Source of the DNA: Seison nebaliae
Taxonomy: Eukaryota
DNA: 42,168 bases
NCBI GenBank assembly: GCA_023231475.1
Contig: JALJEE010000226.1
Location: forward strand, 62,001-104,168
Direction of reading: 5' to 3'
The notes under the pieces were generated by a model. It made no database searches. It saw only the letters and a program-made list of their open reading frames with translations, and had not been told where the DNA came from. Shown here in pieces: positions 33,458 to 42,168 of the stretch. A program made the translations under genes and the position numbers. Positions within the stretch are counted from its first letter, which is position 1, and the number at the start of each line of letters is the position of its first letter.

Positions 33458-36125
33458 TTATTTATGTTGCTTCGATTGCTCACTCGAGTGCTGGAGACAG
33501 AGATTTAGTTTCTCGTTAGATTGACTAATTGAAAATGCAAGTTGTTGTTGCTCCATCGATCGCTTATCTTTTGGAATTTTCAGTATTTCAACGAAATATT
33601 TCTCCATCTTATTCTCTTCTGCTACCATAGTCCTGGATTGGAATTGGGACATATATATATATAATCAACTAAATTTCACGAAACTAACTGCACGGAAGTT
33701 TCATGATGTTTATTGAGGTCGAATGCTGTGAAAATCATGTCCAACACTCGATAATCGAACGGTAGTGGAAGTTTCAATTTCTGAAAATTAATTTAATGAA
33801 AATTATCTACAATCTAACAGAAAATGCCTCTCGGAATACTTGTCGATTAACTTTCTTTTCTTTTGATTGATTAGTTTTCTTGAGAATATCTTCGATTTTT
33901 GGAATGAATTTTATCCGATATATTTTGATGTATCTCCAAAAAACTGCCTTGAAATTCTTCAAGTAGAATTCTATCCAATTCTCAACGTCTAATATCGGAG
34001 GATATCCAACAAACTGCGAGAATTCTCGTCAGAAAATAGTTTGAAGAAATAAGAACCGTTTCCACTGCAGGATGTGGTGTTATCGGTGTTGAATTTGAAT
34101 AAAATATTCTATCGAAAAGAATTTTCACATTAAAATTCTTCTCAAGATTATCCAATTTAATTTTCATTATATATTCAATACTAATATCCTATAAAAATCA
34201 TAATAATAATGGACTAATAATAATTAGACAATTCTATAAAACTTCCAAATAAATTGTTTTAATCGATTGAAATTTCGATTTAATTGTCCCGTCTATCATT
34301 TCGATAACTTCCGTCATTTTTCCTGCATTCATTCCATTATGTGATAACTGAATTTAATGGAAGTGAATAAAATTTCAATTAGAAGATGAACATTCAATTC
34401 CAATAGATATTGATTCTTTAAAAACAGTTCGATGGTTCTATGAACCCCTCCATTTCCCAAATTATTCAAACTTAAATTCATCGTTTGTAAATTGGAATTC
34501 TTCTTCATAAAATTCTCGAAAATCGTCGATCGAATAGCGTCCTCATTTATCGCATTCATCGCCAAATTCAAATGTTTTAATGTTGAGTTTTTCTTCGAAT
34601 TTCAACAATATAATAAAAACGATTTCCGAGAAAATAAACTTGAAATGCTTTCCAGAGAGATAGGGCGCCGAAATTACAGAGAGAATTCCATCCCATATTC
34701 AATTCCGTCATAGATGTATCATCAGTTAATAAAAAGAAATCTTTATGATTATATAAATGATTTCGTTCCATTTGAATCGTCTCGATATTGAGACTATTCT
34801 ATAATTGATCGGAAAATTTTGTCGCTTTTTAAAAATATGTAAAAACAATTTTAACATGGGATAATTGTGCAAGGAAATTAATAGACGATTTACCCAAATT
34901 ACAACCATTTAATGACAAATGATTAATGTAACGATTATTCGCTATTGCAGTGTATAACATTTGTGGCATTGGATCATCCATTCTGATATCATCCAATATA
35001 TATGATTTAATCGTTGTATTCTCGTTGATGATATGACACAAGGATATGAAACCGTCCATATCAATTGGACATTCCGTTAGATCCAATTTGACAATTGTCG
35101 TATTAATCTAATTAATATAAGAATGAAAATATTAGAAAATAGAATTATATATTATTATATTAATTAAAAGAAAGAAAAGAAACAATTAAAGGAATTTTCA
35201 ATAATTTCATTTGTTGATCAGTTATTCTTAAGTAATTTCCAGAAAATTCTTCGTTTTCCAATTGCTTATTGATTGCAGCTGATGGATAAATCTTATCGTC
35301 TTTACTCAGTTTCTGATAAAGTTGTTGTGATTCATTATTCTTCTCCAAATTTCTACTTTTCGTACTAATCGTTCGATTCAATGCGTCTACTGCCTCATTT
35401 AACGACGTCATCGGATTATGGATATAAGTGTCCAATTCTCGATATGTTGTGGTATCGGTTGTTGATTTATTTTCATCATCCGAATCCTCATTCCTCAAAT
35501 CTCTTTCTGTTAAAGTCACTGATGAAGCGACGAAATTAGTAGTTGATTTTTGTTGTTCCTCAGAATCGTCATTAATGTCGCTGGATATGTTAGAATGAAA
35601 GAAAAAAAATGTTCAAGAGAAGAAAAACTTTCTCAAAAGTTCCGTCATTCGATTAGCACGACTCTTCTCCAATTTGATATTATTAAGGAATTTCAATCGT
35701 TGTCGACATTTCTCACTTCGAATTTTACTCAATATCGATTCATTATTATCATCACTCTGATCGCTGACATCTTGTTTTGTTCGATGATTCTTCCCTATCG
35801 AAGAAGTTGAAATTGTTAATAGATTTTTTTTTGTCGTTTTTGCATTAACTCTACGAAAATTGTCTCGTTGAGTTCGATAAATATTTTGATTGTTATGTCT
35901 CTTACATCGACGTTTCTTTTCGTCATTCGCTTGACGATTTCTATTTTCATCTTCTCGTTTTTGCTTATTGAATTGTCTGAAATTAAATGTATTTTTATCG
36001 GCCAAATCCTCTTCCAACACTCGCGGCCTAATCAGCGAACGATGTAAGACAAATTGACGAGAATAATCTTGGAATTCGAAAGGATTTGAAAAATTATTGA
36101 AGTCGACGAATCTATCGTCTCCCAT
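33458..36125 (-). CDS. RI-like leucine-rich repeat protein with C-terminal degenerate EF-hand (LRRC74-like), about 734 aa; exons 36125-35629, 35580-35184, 35107-34856, 34798-34640, 34592-34392, 34347-34243, 34188-34057, 34013-33819, 33780-33689, 33632-33458
   Basis: Ten frame-consistent exons; repeats NTTIVKLDLTEC, NRYINHLSLNGCNLG, MTELNMGWNSL, NSTLKHLNLAMNAI, NSNLQTMNLSLNNLGNGG, LLELNLSHNGM; C-terminal LDMIFTAFDLNKHHETSV EF-hand-like segment. Confidence 0.8.
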
Positions 36126-36867
36126 ATTAACTGCAGTGAAACTTCTTTATTCTTTATTGTTTATATTCAGAGGAGAGTTCGATTAGGAATTAATGTTGGG
36201 GAATTTGGTTACTAGAATGAATTGGAATATACTTGACATGGAATAACACGAATTTGTGTAAGGAAGAAGTAATATTGAAGTTTTACCTTCAAATTCTAAT
36301 CGAGTCCATTTCCCTTAGAAGACGAATAAATTTTTAATATTTGTTCTTTCTAGAGCTATTTCTATCCTGCTTTTTACCAATATTCTTCTATGTGTTTTCC
36401 AGCCAATAATGTTTATGTAACGACACAAACGAATAAATTGTTTGTTGCAGTCCCAATCAATGAGAAGTCTTCTACGATTGTCTTCCAATTGGGAAAGAAG
36501 GAGGGAGAGAGGGAATTCCGAACAGATTAGAAGGAAAATCAACGAATAAAAAGTTCACGACAAATCAATTATACTTCTTCATCAAATCTCATTCTTTTCA
36601 CATTTAATAAGAATTATTCTTCACTTGTCTTAACATTTCGTTGACGTTAGGTGGAGAAAGTTAATCCTTCACTAATGAACTTATTCCTAATAAATCTGTT
36701 TCAATGTCAACGACGAGAAATTTATGAGACTGACACCAGAAAGTTTTATTTTTTTTCAGAAAAGGGAACAAATTTAGTATTTTTAAACAAATGAATAGTA
36801 ATATATGAGCGTTGTCGAGTAGCATGAAAATCGGTCGATTGTTTCAATAAAACGGGAAATAATCTTC

Positions 36868-37216
36868 TTATACTTTGTTGGTAGTGTCACATTTATCGAT
36901 CCATTCGTTATAGACGTCAATCGGTTCGGATAAACCTTAAAAATTGATAAATTTTCAAATTTTAAAAAAATTCTTTTAACTGTGAATTGCCACTTTGTAA
37001 TTTATACGACATGTTTGACATTCAATAAAACCGACCATCGATTTTTTATCTCTGATAAAAAAGAATGTGAAGAAATAAAGAATAAGAATCAGATAATAAC
37101 AATGTAGTATTGCAAGAATCTTCTTCGAAGCAGAATGGACAGCTGAATTTGACGGGGAGATTCGAAGTCATTCGGGGTTTGGGTGCTGGCTTCCGCTTCG
37201 ATTTTTTCCGAGCCAT
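36868..37216 (-). CDS. ELOF1: Transcription elongation factor 1 homolog (Elf1); exons 37216-37101, 37051-36981, 36935-36868
   Basis: MARKKSKRKPAPK...FSCPFC...CQTC...LSEPIDVYNEWIDKC; C4 zinc ribbon; 49- and 45-nt introns. Confidence 0.95.
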
Positions 37217-37566
37217 TTTAAATGGAAATCTATGAAAATTGTAATGTACAATAAAAATTACTTTTAATAAATATATCAATCAATTATAATATAAGTCTTA
37301 TATGAATCGTTATTTTTATCAATTGGTCAATTGTTCCGTTTCACAATTGTTCGAATTAGTCCAAAAAAAATTTATAAGTATTATTGACAAAATTCAAATT
37401 GTAAGCTTATATATCTTGTCGAGATGTACACTGTTGTTGTTGAAAGAATTTCCGATATTTCTCTGTCCATCCTTAAACTTTTTTTTCTTTTCCTATCTCA
37501 TTCTTCACACACTCCTATTAGAATTTAAATTCCTTCGAAACACACATTTACATTTCCCATTGAAGT
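37217..37566. promoter_or_regulatory. Probable bidirectional promoter / 5'UTR region between ELOF1 and the hnRNP R/Q gene
   Basis: Head-to-head start codons only 350 nt apart. Confidence 0.5.
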
Positions 37567-40336
37567 ATGAGCGAGCGAGAAAATGGTGAGCAGGTACAGG
37601 ATTATACGGAGTATCAGGAAAATAACGATATCGTATCCTCCACAATAAATGATGGACAAATGATGGAGATAAAGGAGGAAATGACGGAGAATTCGATAGA
37701 TGAGAATGAGAATAAGAAGAACATTTTGTCTGGTAACGATCTGAAAGATTATCAGACGATTGTGGATAGTGGATGTATCGACAATCTCTCCGATTTGGAC
37801 GAACGGGCACTCGTCGCTTTGAAGGAGATAAAGAATTTGGAGAGAGAATGTGTCATTGTCGAATTGAAACATACGGATTATGCAGCAATCGAGAATTTGA
37901 GCGCATATATTTGTGCACTAATTAAAAGTGTGAAACAAAGAAATAAAGTACCAGAAGTGAAAGCGATGGATCCGAAAGAATTAGATAAATTATTAAAGAC
38001 GAATGATTATCGATTGGAAATTTCATCGGGACAACGAAAATGTTCAAATTTCGATAAGAATTTCGCTGACACAAAATCGAGTAAACGAGAAGTTTTCTGT
38101 GGAAAGTTACCAAAAGACGCGTACGAATATCACATTCTCCCAATCTTCTTGAAAATAGCACCGGTGGCAAGTATCAGAACGATGATGGATCCGAATTCCG
38201 GTTTTAATCGAGGCTACTGTTTCATTACTTATTTCGACAATCAAGCAGCGGATACTGCTGTGAAACAGGTTTGTAAATTATTTTAATTCCTTTCTTTCTT
38301 TCCTCTCTCTCTCTCTCTCTTTTTTTTCTTAAATTTTCTCTTCTTGATGAAGACGATGATAAATTTCTTTACAATAATTCTCTTTTTTTCTCGGAAAAAT
38401 TCACTCTGAAACACATTCCACAATATCGTTAAAATAATTCCGTAAAATCGTTTACAATTCTCTTTAATCGATCATTTTGCATCGTCGTATGCGTCGGTCG
38501 TCGATATCAATTGCGCTCGTCCAAAATCGTATAATGAACCATCTCCTTTAATTCATTATCGTCATATCGTCATCATCATCTCATCTCATACGTGATGAGA
38601 ATACATGAAAATATTATTACCATTTTACAAATCTCTCGCAAACACCATCAATCCTTTGCTCGCACTCTCCATTGCTGATGATGAAATAAACAGTTGAATA
38701 ATTACGAAATAATGTCTGGCAGGAACATTCGCTGTAATATTAGTGTGGCAAATGTTCGATTGTTTATTGGGAAAATACCGAAAATCAAATCTAAAGAAGA
38801 AATCGAAGAGCAAATCAAGAACATGACAGGTCTTCATTTTCCATCATCAAACAATTGTTGATAATTTATTTCCAGATCAAGTGAAAGAGGTAATTGTTTA
38901 TCCACCACCAATATCCGATGTAAATGATAATCGTAAAAATCGTGGATTCTGTTTCGTCATTTATGAAGATCATAAATCGGCGTCAGTTGCACGTCATAAA
39001 TTAACAGGCGCAAAAGTTTCCATATTTCATTTATTCATTTTCATTTCCTTAACAATTTAATTCTATTTTAGATGTTTGGAGTTTCATTTGAAGTTGATTG
39101 GGCGGAGAAACAAGATGGTTCAGAAGAAGTGACTGAAACGAATGTCTGTCATATCGGCAATTTGGCGACGGAAGTTACTGAAGAGATTTTGAGAGAGAAA
39201 TTTTCACCATTCGGAAATTTGACTCGAGTGAAGAAGATAAAAGATTATGCTTTCATCGATTTTGAGACAACAGATGAATGTAAAAAAGCAATAGGAGAAT
39301 TAAATGGATTGAAATTATTTAATAATGCCATCGAGGTTTGTTTTGCGAAACCGCCAAGTACTGATTCGAAACGAAGAGATCAAAGTAAGAAAGGTCGTGG
39401 AAAAGATATGAATGGACGTGGTGGACATGTTGGAATGATGGGAAATAATGGTGGAAATGGTATGAATAAGGGAATGGGAAATTCCCAAATGAATGGTGGT
39501 CGAAATGGATTAAATAATAATTTTCATTATAATAATTTCTCTAATGGTAATTCAACTGGAATTAATGGTGGACATATGGGAGGTGGTGTAATTGGTGGTG
39601 GTGGAATGCATCATCCACATAACAATAATTCTTCGCCTAATCATAATCCATGGGAGATGATATATCAGAAACAACATCCAAATAATGGTGCAGCTTATCA
39701 TAATATGATCAGATCAGGATATATGGAACAACAATATAATCCGATGTTCAGAAATACTTATATGACAAATACAGGAATGACTTATCCAAATATAATCAAT
39801 CCACATACAGTAAATGCTAATAATGGAATGAATAATAAATCGAATGTTATGCCCTCCACATCCAAATCGAAGATGACGGGCGTTTCTCAAAAGATTACGT
39901 CCAATTCTTCGAATGGAGGAAACTCTTCAAATTCATCTAATGTGAATGGTGGAAGTAAACCACCAGTAACGAAATTTAGTATCTTCAATTCAAGTTATAA
40001 CGAACCAAAAACTGTGAACAATTCTTTGATGCTTCCCGCCAATACCATCGAAAGGAATAAGGCTGTCTTCATACCCAATGCCAATGCAGCTATGCAATAT
40101 CAAATGAATTATCCAAATATGTATTCGTTCCGTGGAGCGATACCACAAAACATCATGCCAGGAATGTATCCAGGAGGAATGAATATGAATGTGGTTATTT
40201 GAAATATTTTGAAAATTTTCAAAATTTTTTTTCATATTTATCAATTTTCTAGAGTAGAAGAGGAATGCTAAATAACGGAAATAACGGAACAGGCAATGGA
40301 GCCACAGCAGTCAAACGAGGTCGATATAATAACTGA
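37567..40336 (+). CDS. SYNCRIP: hnRNP R/Q (SYNCRIP/Syp) family RNA-binding protein, about 727 aa; exons 37567-38268, 38694-38829, 38876-39015, 39072-40193, 40253-40336
   Basis: N-terminal domain (SDLDERALVALKE...ENLSAYICALIK), SSGQRK, RRM1 (EVFCGKLPKD, MMDPNSGFNRGYCF), RRM2 (ANVRLFIGKIPK, KNRGFCFV..DHKSA), VDWAE linker, RRM3 (VKKIKDYAFIDF, IEVCFAKPP), G/N/M-rich tail. The last exon is less certain. Confidence 0.92.
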
Positions 40337-40889
40337 TCGATTTGATCAAAATCCTCTCCCATTCGATTAATTAATGAATATAATTAATTTCTTCACATAT
40401 CTCACAATTTCTTCTTATTCGTTTTTCGTGATTTTTTTTTATCTGAAGGATGAATTTTATTTTTTTTTCTTCGTGTCTCTTTAACACAATGCAGTACGTT
40501 TGTCGAATATATTCATGTACAACACTTTCACAAAACTCTCTTTCATTTCATATCATTCATCTCATACAAAAAATCGTTTTTTGGAACTCAACTTACAAAC
40601 GGTTAATCCTCTTGTTCGTCTAGGACGACACTGGTCAATTCAAAACATATTCCTCATTAAAACGCAAATATATAATTTAATAGAAATTAAATTCATTTTG
40701 TAAATTTTTAGTCCCATCTATCGAATATTCCATTCTTAATAAGTTCGTTAACTTCAATTAAATTATAATTATAAGATTATAAAAATTAAATCAATATTAT
40801 TATTCATTAATTAAAATATCTCCCATAAACTATTAGTGAAATCTGTAAACTTCTTATGGGAGAAATCGAAAGATTTAAGAACTTAAAAA

Positions 40890-41030
40890 TCGCCACACAT
40901 CCACCGACCTATCGACCATCGAGTGTCACTATCGATTAGTACGTCCAGTAATTCCAAGTTGTATGTGGATGCGAAGCAGTCCCCCAACGAAACACAGTGC
41001 GGCTGGATACAGTGTATGGAAGTGGCGAAT
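40890..41030 (+). mobile_element. Possible decayed non-LTR retrotransposon fragment (post-RT region)
   Basis: Local GC-rich island. YRLVRPVI (frame of 40936) followed after a frameshift by GCEA...RLDTV (40967 onward) recalls the LVRPVLxYGCEAW...RLD motif of RTE/L2/Jockey-type ORF2. Confidence 0.35.
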
Positions 41031-41229
41031 ATCCCTAATATCGATGTACTCTTGTGGTTTCCTATTTGCAGGTTTTCGTGTTTTGTTTGTCGATAGTTTA
41101 TATCAAAGACAATTATAATTAATTATCGATAATTATAAGTAATCAACAATTATCTATCAAAATGTGATGAATGAGCAAAATGATAATTTTTCTACAAATA
41201 ACTATATTTCAATAGATATAAAGTCTCAC

Positions 41230-41607
41230 TAAAATATTGTAGAATAATATCGAATTTATTGGTAAACAAATATCATCATTGGTCGTGATTGGTCATCTGT
41301 TGCTGTCAGAGTAGTTATATGGATAATTGAATGGAACGAAATTCGGTTCAAGTTAATAAATCGTTTCAATGAATATGAAGGAAATAATTTAGCGTCAATA
41401 ACTCCAATCGTATTATAGTGTAAATTATCTAACGGAACAGAAGAGAAATTTCATTCTCGAGTGAAAATCAAATCGAAATTCACAGAACTTTTAAACAAAT
41501 CAAATGGTGACCACAATATTGATCAGACTAAAAATTCATCTTCAGTGCGGAATGTTAAAGATGATAATCCCAGACATGATCCAAGATATAATATGAGTAA
41601 TTTATAA
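41230..41607 (+). pseudogene. Possible decayed retropepsin / LTR-retrotransposon pol remnant
   Basis: About 110-codon frame starting NIIIGRDW (retropepsin C-terminal hydrophobic-G-R-D motif) with one in-frame TAG and an upstream frameshift; no catalytic DT/SG seen. Confidence 0.2.
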
Positions 41608-41692
41608 ACTAATATTACAACAGAAAGTTCTTATAATTTTAATAGGTTCATGTCAAATATAATATCACAAATATAATCGTCCTCATCTATCG

Positions 41693-41744
41693 TCTATAAT
41701 ATAGACTCATCTATAATATAGAGTCTATAATATAGACTCTATAT
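41693..41744. repeat. Tandem palindromic 13-mer TCTATAATATAGA (3 copies plus a partial) containing a perfect 14-bp-arm inverted repeat
   Basis: Copies at 41693, 41710, 41724; ATATAGAGTCTATA-A-TATAGACTCTATAT at 41716-41744. Confidence 0.9.
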
Positions 41745-42044
41745 GATTTTAAGAAGTTCTTCTCTTCTTCTTTTTCAGAATTTTGAATTTTAATTAAGAA
41801 AATCGAATAAAGCATAACGATGACAAGTTTTGCACAATCGTATGCGACATAGTGATGCTTATTCCATATAGTTAAGCATTGAACTACGCAAATTGTTTTC
41901 TATTATGATTCCGTTTTTTATTCTTATATCCTCTATCATATTCCGTCCCTTCACAATATAAAACACATTGGTAGGTATATAATTTTTTACTTAAACAAGC
42001 TTTTTTAAACTTAAGAGGTTTGAATCTAAATCGAATGTCTATCT

Positions 42045-42168
42045 ATGGATCATTCGTTGCTCAACAAAAAACAAACCGAGATTCACGAAACTGTTATTCA
42101 CAATCTAGCAGAACTCAAAGAGCTTAAAAAACAATCAGCGACAACGATTAATATTCTCAATGAACTCA
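42045..42168 (+). CDS. Possible start of a further gene, open to the window edge
   Basis: ATG 42045, 41 open codons (MDHSLLNKKQTEIHETVIHNLAELKELKKQ...), preceded by a plausible 46-nt GTAGGT...TTAAG intron (41970-42015). Confidence 0.3.
   Translation, partial: MDHSLLNKKQTEIHETVIHNLAELKELKKQSATTINILNEL

Noticed and set aside
40883..41075. Minus-strand peptide RWSIGRWMCGDF (GPCR- or APE-like), U1-like GGGGGACTGC, and a flatworm SL-like TACTCTTGTG
   Set aside because: Only short isolated matches; no TM helices, U1 5' end, Sm site or SL donor context.

Overview
AT-rich, compact eukaryotic (most likely invertebrate animal) genomic DNA with mostly 38-76 nt introns; the ORF track has to be read as exons. 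Gene models, reconstructed by hand with frame-consistent GT-AG introns: (1) the 5' part of a PGAM5-like histidine phosphatase on the minus strand at the left edge, missed by the ORF track; (2) a giant ~6,000-aa protein made of degenerate plectin/plakin repeats and low-complexity linkers, almost all encoded by one 18,063-nt terminal exon, with two candidate alternative N-terminal exon sets and no visible actin-binding, plakin, spectrin or GAR domain (epiplakin-like architecture); (3) SDHA; (4) a coiled-coil gene with a CCDC154-like C-terminus and a puzzling open frame inside a predicted intron; (5) an LRRC74-like LRR + EF-hand gene; (6) ELOF1; (7) an hnRNP R/Q (SYNCRIP)-family gene; (8) possible decayed retroelement fragments and a palindrome at the right end. 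The two most striking observations are the stand-alone giant plakin-repeat protein and the near-exclusive GTT 5' splice sites (28 of 29 inferred coding-region introns, none GTA/GTG). All family assignments are from recalled motifs; no database search was run.
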